Positions 35,254-45,060 of a stretch of 64,000 nt of DNA are shown in pieces. The notes below the pieces were generated by a model. That model had not been told where the DNA came from. It ran no database searches and worked only from the letters and a program-made list of their open reading frames with translations. The DNA is from an uncultured Christensenellaceae bacterium. GTDB lineage: Bacteria; Bacillota; Clostridia; Christensenellales; UBA3700. The stretch lies in NCBI GenBank assembly GCA_944380295.1, contig CALWHE010000003.1:96057-160056 (forward strand). The letters are read 5' to 3'. Every line of letters begins with the position of its first letter. The stretch's first letter is position 1. A program made the position numbers and the translations under genes.

Positions 35254-37512
35254 ATGGAAGCGATCGTTCTTGCCGGAGGATTCGGAACAAGATTATCTCA
35301 TATCGTAAAAGATGTGCCAAAACCAATGGCGCAAGTTGCCGGTCGCCCTTTTTTGGAGTATATTTTAGAGCATCTCGCCAAAAATTACGTTGACAAAGTG
35401 GTGTTGGCCACGGGATACAAACATGAATGCATAAGCGAACATTTCAAATCGACATACAAGGGTATGCGACTGGAATATTCCGTGGAAACCGAACCGCTGG
35501 GAACAGGCGGCGCGATAAAAAAAGCACTTGCATGTTGCGCGGAAGAATATGTGTTGGTGATAAACGGCGATACGTTTTTTCCGGTAGATTTATCCGCTTT
35601 GTGTAATCATGCAGTCGAAAAAAATGCGGATATAGTGATCGCGGCAAAACGTTTGCAGAAGTTTGACAGATACGGGAGCATCGTCACCGATGAGGAAGGT
35701 AAGGTTGTTGCCTTTAAGGAAAAAGAATTTTCTGAAGAGGGCATCATTAACGGCGGTATATATGTTCTCAAAAGAGAGCGACTGCTGGAGGTGATGAACG
35801 ATAAATGTTCTTTTGAACGCGATGTTTTGGAATCGCATTTGTGTGAATTAAATATATACGCGAAGACATGTGAAGAATATTTTATCGATATAGGGATCGA
35901 ACAGGATTATAATATCGCGCAAAAATATTTTCAAGATAAAAACGAGAATACGCGCGTGTATTTTAATACTTCTGCACGGACTTTGAATGCATCGCGGAAT
36001 ATTGCGGCCGGGTTACTTGCTCAAATTGCCAGTCTGTTATTCGGATTTATATTCAGAACTATTTTTATCAAAGTATTGGCGGTAGAGTATTTGGGGATCA
36101 ACGGATTGTTTACCGATATACTTACATTATTCTCTCTTGCCGAATTGGGAGTGGGAAGCGCCATAGTGTTTAGAATGTATAGACCGATTGCCGTTGACGA
36201 TATAGATAAGGTATCCGCGTTATTGGATTTTTACAAAAAAATATACCGCGTTATTGCATTGGTCATCCTGGTTCTCGGTGCGACGATCATGCCGTTTATC
36301 AAGTATTTGATACATGATACGAGCGAGATCCCGTCCGATGTCAATATATATGTTATATATGCGTTGTTTTTAATGCAGTCGTTGTCGTCGTATCTGTTTG
36401 TTTATAAAACATCGATTTTTACCGCCGATCAAAAAGCGTATGTTGTAAGTGCAATGAGCATTTGCAATCAAATCTTTTCCACTGCTGCCAAAATCGTTGT
36501 GCTGTATCTGACATTAAATTACACATTCGTATTATTGAGCGGGATCGTAGTAACATTACTCATCAATATTGCATTCAGCGAATTGTCGAAGAGAAAATAC
36601 AAGTTTGTATTTGCAAAAAAGAATAAGCTCGATAAAAAAACGATACGTGATATTAAAGGCGATGTGTTGGCAACGATGTGTCATAAAGTCGGCGGCGTGA
36701 TCGTTACAAATACCGATAGTATTTTGATCTCTGCGATGATCGGTTTGGGGATTCTGGGAATATATTCCAATTATACTTTGATTATAAATGCAATCAATGT
36801 ATTTATGGGGCAGTTGTTGTCGTCGTTTATTGCGTCAATAGCAAATTCCAAATTAAAATCAGATGAAAATGATTATTATAACACATATAAAAGAGCAATA
36901 TATTTGGATGCAGTCGCCACATGTTTTACAACAACAGCGTTATTCGGCTTGCTTAATCCGTTCATTTCGGTGTGGCTGGGCGGAGAATTTTTATTACCGC
37001 AAACCACCGTGCTGCTTTTATGCCTCAGTTATTTTCTGAAGAACATTAGGCAGATCAACAATAGTTTTACTAACGCTTGCGTGTTATTTAGAAGAGACAA
37101 GTGGAGGCCGTTTACAGAGGCTGCAATCAATCTCGTCGTTTCGATAGTATTGGCAAAATTCATGGGGATCGACGGAATTTTCATCGGAACGATAGTGAGT
37201 AACCTGTGCACGGTTTTTTGGAGAGAGCCGTATTTGTTATTCAAATACGAATTCAAAAAAAATGTGGCGATTTATTTTATTATAGTTGTGATCTCATTGC
37301 TTTTTACCGCAGGGTGTTCGGCGTTAATGTGGTATATATTCACATTTATACCTACCGGCATAGGTTGGTTGATTTTGGAATTTGTTATAATGGCGATCGT
37401 GCCTACGACATTGATGATCATATTAACTTGCAGGATGCAAGAATTTAAATATTATGTATCGATAGCAAAAGCATTGTTCCGCAAAATATCTATTAAAGCA
37501 AGGAGAAAATGA
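35254..37512 (+). CDS. Fusion protein: HddC-like D-glycero-alpha-D-manno-heptose-1-phosphate guanylyltransferase (aa ~1-226) plus Wzx/MOP-family repeat-unit flippase (aa ~240-752)
   Basis: N-terminus [12 protein letters not shown] ... [17 protein letters not shown]. The same frame then continues with no stop into [39 protein letters not shown]..., with about 12 TM helices. Confidence 0.75.
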   Translation: MEAIVLAGGFGTRLSHIVKDVPKPMAQVAGRPFLEYILEHLAKNYVDKVVLATGYKHECISEHFKSTYKGMRLEYSVETEPLGTGGAIKKALACCAEEYVLVINGDTFFPVDLSALCNHAVEKNADIVIAAKRLQKFDRYGSIVTDEEGKVVAFKEKEFSEEGIINGGIYVLKRERLLEVMNDKCSFERDVLESHLCELNIYAKTCEEYFIDIGIEQDYNIAQKYFQDKNENTRVYFNTSARTLNASRNIAAGLLAQIASLLFGFIFRTIFIKVLAVEYLGINGLFTDILTLFSLAELGVGSAIVFRMYRPIAVDDIDKVSALLDFYKKIYRVIALVILVLGATIMPFIKYLIHDTSEIPSDVNIYVIYALFLMQSLSSYLFVYKTSIFTADQKAYVVSAMSICNQIFSTAAKIVVLYLTLNYTFVLLSGIVVTLLINIAFSELSKRKYKFVFAKKNKLDKKTIRDIKGDVLATMCHKVGGVIVTNTDSILISAMIGLGILGIYSNYTLIINAINVFMGQLLSSFIASIANSKLKSDENDYYNTYKRAIYLDAVATCFTTTALFGLLNPFISVWLGGEFLLPQTTVLLLCLSYFLKNIRQINNSFTNACVLFRRDKWRPFTEAAINLVVSIVLAKFMGIDGIFIGTIVSNLCTVFWREPYLLFKYEFKKNVAIYFIIVVISLLFTAGCSALMWYIFTFIPTGIGWLILEFVIMAIVPTTLMIILTCRMQEFKYYVSIAKALFRKISIKARRK

Positions 37513-37513
37513 C

Positions 37514-38725
37514 ATGAAGATATTGTTCGATCTGTTGTCACAGCAAGATGGTTTTATAAACGGAGGTAGTTTATACGGGCTGCGTTTGTTCGACGAATTG
37601 TTGAACAGCGGTGCGGATATCATAGGTCTGTGTGATAAAACAAAGGAATTCAATGAGGAAGCGAAAAAACTTGTTTCGAAATATCAAATCGATTTGGTCG
37701 ATATCACGGAAGATATCGCAAATGCTTGCACGGAAAAGCAAATCGATTTGGTGATAATAACTATTGAGCAAAGGTTCCATAATGTTGATTTGACAAAGAT
37801 TAAAAGCAAGATGATAGTCGTTTGTCATGATCTTAATGATATCGTTTTGAAAAACGGAAGCGTGGAACATAACAATATGTATTGCAACCAAGCAGCGCGT
37901 GCGTTGTATCCGAAAAAAAAGTTTATGCTGTTACGCAAGATAAGGCGTGCAGTAATAAAAGCGGTCAGAGAGTTCAAACCCAATATCATTGAGAAATATG
38001 TGCAGGACCAAGATCATGAATCGTTGCTTTCTTTTTTGGGTTATCGGCAGTTTGACACCCTCTTGAAAAAAGACAATGTATATTGTATTACGGTTTCGGA
38101 TTTTTCCAAGCATGTGATAGAGTATTATTTTGACGACATAAAAAATCCGATCAAAGTTTTCCACGCGCATAGTAAATTTATGGAAAAAGGCGAACCGAGC
38201 AAAGAAATGCTGGATTTTATAGAAAAGAATCCACACTTTTTCCTGATGATATCTGTCGATAGGTGGTATAAAAATGCGCTGGTTTTTTTGCAGCAAGCCG
38301 ACAAATTGACACAAAAATTGAACGGAAAATACAAATATGTTTTTATCGGTGACATAGAAACGCATAATGAAAATGCGGTGATGTTCAAAAATTTGTCTGC
38401 CGCAGATTTGGAATTACTGTATAAAAATGCAGAAATTTTTATATATCCATCGTTTGGGGAAGGATACGGAATGCCGCCTGTGGAGGCAATGCGTTACGGG
38501 GTGCCGGTGATAGCGTCTTATTGCACTTCCATGCCGGAGGTGCTAGGCGATGCTCCGGAATATGTTTTTCCGTTTTATCAAGAAGAAATGCATGCGGCGA
38601 TATTAAAAATCTTGTCCGATCTCGACGCATATAAGTTGCGCAGTAAGAAACAATATGAAATGATCAAAAACGATCAGGAATCATCGTTGAAACGTCTTTT
38701 AAATTTTATACATGATTTGATATAA
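37514..38725 (+). CDS. Glycosyltransferase family 4
   Basis: [25 protein letters not shown] (E-x7-E). 403 aa. Confidence 0.8.
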   Translation: MKILFDLLSQQDGFINGGSLYGLRLFDELLNSGADIIGLCDKTKEFNEEAKKLVSKYQIDLVDITEDIANACTEKQIDLVIITIEQRFHNVDLTKIKSKMIVVCHDLNDIVLKNGSVEHNNMYCNQAARALYPKKKFMLLRKIRRAVIKAVREFKPNIIEKYVQDQDHESLLSFLGYRQFDTLLKKDNVYCITVSDFSKHVIEYYFDDIKNPIKVFHAHSKFMEKGEPSKEMLDFIEKNPHFFLMISVDRWYKNALVFLQQADKLTQKLNGKYKYVFIGDIETHNENAVMFKNLSAADLELLYKNAEIFIYPSFGEGYGMPPVEAMRYGVPVIASYCTSMPEVLGDAPEYVFPFYQEEMHAAILKILSDLDAYKLRSKKQYEMIKNDQESSLKRLLNFIHDLI

Positions 38726-38745
38726 TAAGAACAGGAGGAATGATG

Positions 38746-40137
38746 ATGAAGTTCATATCGACAAAACTCAGAGGTGTTAAAATCATCGAGCCGATCGCAT
38801 ACGGTGACAATCGCGGGTGGTTTATGGAAACATATAACGAAGGGGAGTTTCATAGCAATAACCTTTATTATAATTTTGTGCAGGATAATCAAAGTTTTTC
38901 CGCGCAAAAAGGGATATTGCGCGGTCTGCATTTTCAGCTGGCACCTTTTGCGCAAGCAAAACTGGTCAGGTGCACGCAAGGTGCTATCTTGGATGTGGCG
39001 GTAGATATCAGAAAGGGCAGCGATACCTATTTGCAATATGTCAGCGTTGAGCTTAGCGCGGAAAATAAAAGACAATTGCTGATTCCTCGCGGTTTTGCGC
39101 ACGGTTTTGTGACGCTTACCGATAATGTGATGGTGCAATATAAAGTCGACAATCTTTACAGCAAGCCGCACGATAGGGGAATATGTTATTGCGATCCGTC
39201 AATAGGCGTTGAGTGGGGGATAACCGATCCCATATTGTCCGTGAAAGATACCACAAGTCCGCTGTTGAAAGACAGCGACGCTAATTTTACAATAAAAGTG
39301 TTGGTGACCGGAGTGAATGGGCAGTTAGGACACGATATGGTAAAAAAGCTGACGCGAGAAGGATTTGAATGCAGAGGCATAGACATAGAAGATTGCGATA
39401 TTACGGACGAAGACGCCGTTAGGGAATACATCGTGCAATACGATCCCGATGTGGTGGTGCATTGCGCTGCATATACGGCTGTCGATAAAGCCGAATCCAA
39501 TGAGGATGTTTGTCGCATGGTCAATGTGAACGGCAGTGAAAATATTGCAAAAGCGTGCAAATTGACGGGAGCGAAAATGGTGTATATCTCGACTGATTAT
39601 GTCTATGGCGGCGCGGGCGACAAGCCGTTTGAAGTCGATGACAAAATAGCGCCGCTCAATGTTTACGGCAAGACGAAATACGAAGGAGAGCAGGTTTGCA
39701 GGAAACATTTGGACAAATTGTTTGTAGTCAGGACATCCTGGGTCTTCGGGCTGAACGGAGGTAATTTTGTCAAAACCATGCTTAAACTCGCTGGGGAACG
39801 CAAAGAGCTGAGTGTGGTCAGCGATCAAATAGGTTCTCCCACTTACACCGTAGATTTGGCGGATTTTCTGTTTTATATAATACAGACAGATAAGTATGGC
39901 ACATATCATTGTTCTAACGAAGGGTATTGTTCATGGAACGAATTTGCCAAGGAGATTTTCCGTTTGACGGGCAGAGAAGTCAAGGTGAACGATGTTTTGA
40001 CAAAAGATTATAAGTGCGCCGCAGCAAGACCGTTAAACAGCAGATTGAGTAAAAAGTGCTTGGAAGAGTGCGGATACGGAAAGATGCCGTCGTGGCAGGA
40101 CGCATTGCAAAGATTTTTAAAGGAGATGGACCAATGA
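38746..40137 (+). CDS. Bifunctional dTDP-4-dehydrorhamnose 3,5-epimerase / reductase (RfbC-RfbD fusion)
   Basis: RfbC part: DNRGWFMETY, LRGLHFQ, IPRGFAHGF. RfbD part from about aa 195: VLVTGVNGQLG, HCAAYTAVDKAE, STDYVYGG. AGGAGG (38733-38738) favours ATG 38746 over 38740/38743. Confidence 0.85.
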   Translation: MKFISTKLRGVKIIEPIAYGDNRGWFMETYNEGEFHSNNLYYNFVQDNQSFSAQKGILRGLHFQLAPFAQAKLVRCTQGAILDVAVDIRKGSDTYLQYVSVELSAENKRQLLIPRGFAHGFVTLTDNVMVQYKVDNLYSKPHDRGICYCDPSIGVEWGITDPILSVKDTTSPLLKDSDANFTIKVLVTGVNGQLGHDMVKKLTREGFECRGIDIEDCDITDEDAVREYIVQYDPDVVVHCAAYTAVDKAESNEDVCRMVNVNGSENIAKACKLTGAKMVYISTDYVYGGAGDKPFEVDDKIAPLNVYGKTKYEGEQVCRKHLDKLFVVRTSWVFGLNGGNFVKTMLKLAGERKELSVVSDQIGSPTYTVDLADFLFYIIQTDKYGTYHCSNEGYCSWNEFAKEIFRLTGREVKVNDVLTKDYKCAAARPLNSRLSKKCLEECGYGKMPSWQDALQRFLKEMDQ

Positions 40138-41153
40138 AGATTCTCATTACTGGCGGAGCCGGATTTATCGGCGGGAATTTTGTTTATTATATGCTTGCTA
40201 ATCATTCCGATTATGAGATCGTATGTCTTGACAAACTCACATATGCAGGCAATTTATCAACGCTTGCCGGTGTGATGAACAATAAAATGTTCAAATTCGT
40301 CAAGGGCGATATTGCCGATAAAAAATTTGTGGACGAGTTGTTTTCCAAGGAAAAATTTGACGCTTGTATAAATTTTGCGGCAGAAAGTCATGTGGATAGG
40401 AGCATAGAAGATCCGCAAATATTTCTCATAACCAATATTATCGGGACACAGGTGCTCATGGACGCTTGCCGATTTAACGGAAATATTCGTTATCATCAGG
40501 TATCCACCGATGAAGTATACGGCGACTTGCCGTTAGACAGACCCGATCTCATGTTTACGGAAGATACGCCTATCCACACGTCCAGTCCTTATAGTTCCAG
40601 TAAAGCGGGCGCCGATTTGCTTGTGCTGGCATATTACAGGACATATGGGCTTCCGGTGACCATTTCAAGATGCAGTAATAATTACGGACCGTATCATTTC
40701 CCCGAAAAACTTATTCCACTGATGATAACGAGGGCTTTGGCTGATGAAACTTTGCCGGTTTACGGCGATGGTAAAAACGTGCGTGACTGGTTGTATGTGG
40801 AAGATCATTGCCACGCTATCGACCTTATTTTGCATAACGGACGGATAGGGGAAGTGTATAACGTGGGCGGACATAACGAAATGTCAAATATAGATATCGT
40901 CAAACTTATCCTGAAAAAGTTGGATAAACCTGAAAGTTTGATAAAATACGTGACAGACAGGAAAGGACACGACCGCAGATATGCGATAGATCCGGCAAAA
41001 ATACATCGTGAATTAGGTTGGTTGCCGCAGACAAAATTTGCAGACGGAATTGAAAAAACCATTGCATGGTATTTGGATAACAAAAAGTGGTGGCAAGACA
41101 TAATCAGCGGCGATTATCGCAACTATTATGACAAAATGTATTCTAAGAGATGA
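40134..41153 (+). CDS. rfbB: dTDP-glucose 4,6-dehydratase
   Basis: MKILITGGAGFIGGNF, catalytic YSSSKAGADLL, DRKGHDRRYAID. ATGA overlap with the upstream gene. Confidence 0.92.
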   Translation: MKILITGGAGFIGGNFVYYMLANHSDYEIVCLDKLTYAGNLSTLAGVMNNKMFKFVKGDIADKKFVDELFSKEKFDACINFAAESHVDRSIEDPQIFLITNIIGTQVLMDACRFNGNIRYHQVSTDEVYGDLPLDRPDLMFTEDTPIHTSSPYSSSKAGADLLVLAYYRTYGLPVTISRCSNNYGPYHFPEKLIPLMITRALADETLPVYGDGKNVRDWLYVEDHCHAIDLILHNGRIGEVYNVGGHNEMSNIDIVKLILKKLDKPESLIKYVTDRKGHDRRYAIDPAKIHRELGWLPQTKFADGIEKTIAWYLDNKKWWQDIISGDYRNYYDKMYSKR

Positions 41154-41161
41154 GGTGAAAC

Positions 41162-42040
41162 ATGAAAGGGATCATACTTGCCGGAGGAAGCGGCACAAGA
41201 CTGTATCCGTTGACGAAATATACATCAAAACAGGCGTTGCCGATATATGATAAGCCCATGATATATTATCCGCTCTCCACGCTCATGTTGGCGGATATAC
41301 GCGACATTCTGATAATATCCACGCCGCGTGATTTGCCCACGTTTCAAAGTATGTTGGGCGATGGATCTTTCCTTGGGATCAAGTTGAGTTATGAAGTGCA
41401 GCCGTCACCGGACGGCTTGGCGCAAGCATTCATCATTGGTGAGAAATTTATCGGTGATGACGCGTGCGCGATGATTTTGGGTGACAATATTTTTTACGGC
41501 AACGGCTTGTCAAAACTGTTAAAAAGGGCGGCGTCCAAAACAAATGGGGCGACCGTGTTTGGATACTACGTGGATGACCCCGAACGTTTCGGCGTTGTGG
41601 AATTCGATGAAAACGGAAAAGTTATATCTATTGAAGAAAAACCGACAGAGCCGAAATCGCATTATGCCGTTACGGGAATATATTTTTATGATAAAAATGT
41701 TGTGGAATATGCAAAGCAAGTCAAACCCAGCGAGAGAGGAGAACTGGAAATAACCGATTTGAATAAGATATATTTGCAAAAAGATCTGTTGGAAGTGCAG
41801 CTCATGGGGCGTGGTTTTGCTTGGTTGGATACGGGAACGACGGAAAGTTTGCTCGACGCGGCAAATTTTATGCAGCTGCTTGAAAAAAGGCAGGGAATAA
41901 AAGTTTGCGTTCCGGAAGAGATCGCGTATAAAAAGGGCTGGATCGATAAAGAACGGTTATTGCGGATCATCCGCGAATACGGTAAAAGCAAATATGGGGA
42001 ATATTTGCAGAAAATCGCATCGGATAAAATCAGATATTGA
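41162..42040 (+). CDS. rfbA: Glucose-1-phosphate thymidylyltransferase
   Basis: [36 protein letters not shown]. 292 aa. Confidence 0.92.
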   Translation: MKGIILAGGSGTRLYPLTKYTSKQALPIYDKPMIYYPLSTLMLADIRDILIISTPRDLPTFQSMLGDGSFLGIKLSYEVQPSPDGLAQAFIIGEKFIGDDACAMILGDNIFYGNGLSKLLKRAASKTNGATVFGYYVDDPERFGVVEFDENGKVISIEEKPTEPKSHYAVTGIYFYDKNVVEYAKQVKPSERGELEITDLNKIYLQKDLLEVQLMGRGFAWLDTGTTESLLDAANFMQLLEKRQGIKVCVPEEIAYKKGWIDKERLLRIIREYGKSKYGEYLQKIASDKIRY

Positions 42041-42044
42041 CCGC

Positions 42045-42070
42045 AACGCCCTTATTTTTGATAGGGCGTT
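42045..42070 (+). terminator. Hairpin at the right edge of the island (probable operon terminator)
   Basis: AACGCCCT-tatttttgat-AGGGCGTT. Only a weak T tract follows. Confidence 0.5.
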
Positions 42071-42103
42071 CTGTAAAATTTAAGCCAAAAAATTTCCGCG
42101 ATA

Positions 42104-42132
42104 TTGACATGGCGGCGTGTGCGACGTAAAAT
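42104..42132 (+). promoter_or_regulatory. Candidate sigma-A promoter of the MacB-type transporter gene
   Basis: TTGACA (42104-42109), 17-nt spacer, TAAAAT (42127-42132). Confidence 0.55.
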
Positions 42133-42174
42133 ATATTTGCTATATATTTTATTGCAGGGCAGGCGGAGGCGGAT

Positions 42175-44958
42175 ATGCTCAGATTAAAGGGAATAGAGAA
42201 GTTTTACAAGACGAGCACGGGCGGAGTGCAGGCGCTCAAAGGGATAGACGTCAATTTCAGGCGCAGCGAGTTCGTGTCGGTTTTGGGACCTTCGGGGTGC
42301 GGAAAGACCACGCTTTTGAACATTATCGGCGGGTTGGATCATTACACCGCCGGGGAGATGAGCATAGACGGAATCAACACGCGCGAATACGGCGACCGCG
42401 ACTGGGACACTTATCGCAACGAGAGGATCGGGTTTGTTTTTCAGAGTTACAATTTGATACCGCAGCAGTCCATTCAGGGCAATGTGGAGCTGGCGCTGAC
42501 CATTGCGGGCGTGGACAGGCACGAACGGGCGAGAAGGGCGCGCGAGGCGTTGGACAAGGTGGGTCTGGCGGGGCAGTATGGCAAACGCCCCAACCAGCTT
42601 TCGGGCGGGCAGTGCCAGAGGGTGGCGATAGCCAGGGCGCTTGTCAACGAGCCTGAGATCTTGCTGGCGGACGAGCCGACGGGCGCGCTGGACACGGTGA
42701 CGTCCGTGCAGATAATGGAGCTTATCAAGGAGATCGCCGGGGACAAGCTGGTGGTCATGGTCACGCACAATCCGGAGCTGGCGCGGCAATACTCCACGCG
42801 CATAGTGGAGCTTTTGGACGGCAGGATAGTGGGGGACAGCGACCCTTATACAGACGAGGAGTGCGACAAGGACATGGCGCAGTCTGCCGAAGGTGAGCTA
42901 GCCGCAGCAGGCGCTTCGGGCGAAGGCGAGAAAAGCGCGGAAGGCGCTCCGGGCGAAGGAGAGGAAAGCGCGGAAAATACTGCCGGCAAGGCGCCGGATA
43001 AAGGCGGAGAAAGCGCGCCCGCGGGCAAGGCGGCGGGGCGCGGCAGAGATAAAAAAGCGGGAGCAGGGGCGAAAAAACGCAAGTCAAAGCTCTCTTTGTG
43101 GACGGCGTTCGGGCTGTCTGCGCGCAATTTGCGCGCCAAGTTGAAGCGCACGGTGATGGTGTGCATCGCGGGCAGCATAGGCATTATCGGCGTTGCCAGC
43201 GTGCTGGCTGTTTCTACGGGCGTGCAGGGGTATATCGAGGATATGCAGAACGATATGCTCTCGGGCAATCCGGTCACCGTGCAGGAGAGCGGATACGATC
43301 TTTCCACCATCACGGACATGATGAGCGGCGGCGCCAAGCAGGAGGTTTTGGAGAGCGCCGTTGAGGACGGTTACGTCAACGTGGACGCGGCGATAGACAG
43401 ACTGGTGGAGATGGCGGACATGTGGGGCGACTTCACCTTTGAAAACGAGATAACGCCGCAATATGTGGAATACGTCAAAGCCATGCCGCGCGAGTATTAT
43501 TCCGCCATGAGCTTCGACCACGGCGTCAACATGTCCTATTCCGTCTATACGGACGTGCGGACGGCGAAGGGCAGCGAGCGGCTTTCCCTCTATGCGGCGG
43601 ACGCGACGCTGCGCGCGCTGATAGGGCAGGCGGGGCATGAAGACGTCGCCGAGGCGCTCTCCGGCACTTCCGGGCTGCTTTCTTTGGCGCCGGACAGCAA
43701 CGAATTTATTCTTTCGCAATACGACATCGTCAACGAAGGCGGGCGCATGCCCGAGCAAAAGGGGGAGATAATGCTCGTCATCAACGACGAGAGCGAGCTT
43801 TCCGACCTGGTTTTGGCGCAGCTGGGGTATTATACGCAGGAAGAAGTCCTCAACATCGTTTACAAAGCCACGGGTGACAAGCGTTACGACGCGGGCAAGG
43901 ACAAGACCAGGTTTTCTTACGAGGAACTGCTGGACAAGACCTTTACGCTCTATTTCAACGACGACATATATTCGATAGACGGCGACAAGATAACATACGA
44001 TCCCTCTCACGGCGGCGAGGGCGCGGAGTTGAAGATAACCGCCGTTTTGCGCCCCAAGGAAGGGCTTTCCTTCGGCAGTCTGAGCACGGGCATATACTAT
44101 ACGCAGGCGCTTGACGACGAAGTGGCGGAAAAGAATTCCGGCTCCGCGCTTGCCGCCTTTATCGGCGAGAACGGCAAAAAAGGCGCGCTCTCGGGCATGA
44201 TGACCGGCACGGGCGCGGTGATGGGCAGCATACCCGTATTTGAGATAAGGTATGAGTTTGAGGGGAGCGAGTTTTCTCAAACGGTCTGCGTGGGCAGCGA
44301 ATATTCCTTGGCGGGGACCTCGTCTTACACGCTCTCCCTGCGCGACGTGGGCGGCAGCGTTCTGCCGCAGACGATCAGCATTTATCCTGCGAACTTCGAG
44401 CTGAAAGACGGGGTGACGGCGTATCTCAACGCCTGGAACGAAGAGGGCGACCTCGTCGTGGGCGGCGTCACGCTCACCGCCGAGCAGCGCGCGCAGATAA
44501 CATACACAGACAATCTCTCCGTGATCATCTCCATGATAGGGGACATGATAGACATCGTCACATACGCTTTGGTGGCGTTCACCGCGCTTTCTCTGGTGGT
44601 GTCCACGGTGATGATCGCCATCATCACTTATGTTTCGGTGATAGAGCGGGTAAAGGAGATAGGCGTGATCCGCTCTCTGGGCGGCAGGAAAAAGGACGTT
44701 TCGCGCCTGTTCAACGCGGAGACGTTCATCATCGGACTGATCGCCGGCGTGATCGGCGTGGTGATAACTTACATCATCTGCGCCGTCATCAACGGCGTTG
44801 TGGGCGCGGCGCTGGGCATTGCGGGCATAGCGCGGCTGCCCTTTACCACGGCGCTCATACTCATTGCGGTAAGCGTGGCGCTCACGCTCATCTCAGGGCT
44901 TATCCCGGCGCGTTTTGCGGCGAAGAAAGACCCCGTGGAGGCGCTCAGGAGCGAATGA
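42175..44958 (+). CDS. Fused MacB/FtsX-type ABC transporter (ATPase plus permease with a large extracytoplasmic domain)
   Basis: GPSGCGKTT, LSGGQCQRVAIARA, ILLADEPTGALD. Low-complexity G/E/A/K linker. TM1, an ectodomain of about 400 aa, then the C-terminal FtsX 3-TM bundle (LIPARFAAKKDPVEALR). Confidence 0.85.
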   Translation: MLRLKGIEKFYKTSTGGVQALKGIDVNFRRSEFVSVLGPSGCGKTTLLNIIGGLDHYTAGEMSIDGINTREYGDRDWDTYRNERIGFVFQSYNLIPQQSIQGNVELALTIAGVDRHERARRAREALDKVGLAGQYGKRPNQLSGGQCQRVAIARALVNEPEILLADEPTGALDTVTSVQIMELIKEIAGDKLVVMVTHNPELARQYSTRIVELLDGRIVGDSDPYTDEECDKDMAQSAEGELAAAGASGEGEKSAEGAPGEGEESAENTAGKAPDKGGESAPAGKAAGRGRDKKAGAGAKKRKSKLSLWTAFGLSARNLRAKLKRTVMVCIAGSIGIIGVASVLAVSTGVQGYIEDMQNDMLSGNPVTVQESGYDLSTITDMMSGGAKQEVLESAVEDGYVNVDAAIDRLVEMADMWGDFTFENEITPQYVEYVKAMPREYYSAMSFDHGVNMSYSVYTDVRTAKGSERLSLYAADATLRALIGQAGHEDVAEALSGTSGLLSLAPDSNEFILSQYDIVNEGGRMPEQKGEIMLVINDESELSDLVLAQLGYYTQEEVLNIVYKATGDKRYDAGKDKTRFSYEELLDKTFTLYFNDDIYSIDGDKITYDPSHGGEGAELKITAVLRPKEGLSFGSLSTGIYYTQALDDEVAEKNSGSALAAFIGENGKKGALSGMMTGTGAVMGSIPVFEIRYEFEGSEFSQTVCVGSEYSLAGTSSYTLSLRDVGGSVLPQTISIYPANFELKDGVTAYLNAWNEEGDLVVGGVTLTAEQRAQITYTDNLSVIISMIGDMIDIVTYALVAFTALSLVVSTVMIAIITYVSVIERVKEIGVIRSLGGRKKDVSRLFNAETFIIGLIAGVIGVVITYIICAVINGVVGAALGIAGIARLPFTTALILIAVSVALTLISGLIPARFAAKKDPVEALRSE

Positions 44959-45060
44959 TAAGGCGTTTGCCGGCGGGATAAAAAAGTAAAAAACGCCGCA
45001 AAGTGAAGTGACCCCCAAAGTTTGCCCAATTTTTGGAGGCGCATATCAAAGGCGGCGCGG

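Noticed and set aside
17729-42070. The low-GC island as an integrated mobile element or prophage
   Set aside because: No integrase, transposase, tRNA attachment site, flanking direct repeats or phage or conjugation genes are present. The content is purely glycan biosynthesis. Locus replacement by homologous recombination of the flanks is more plausible.
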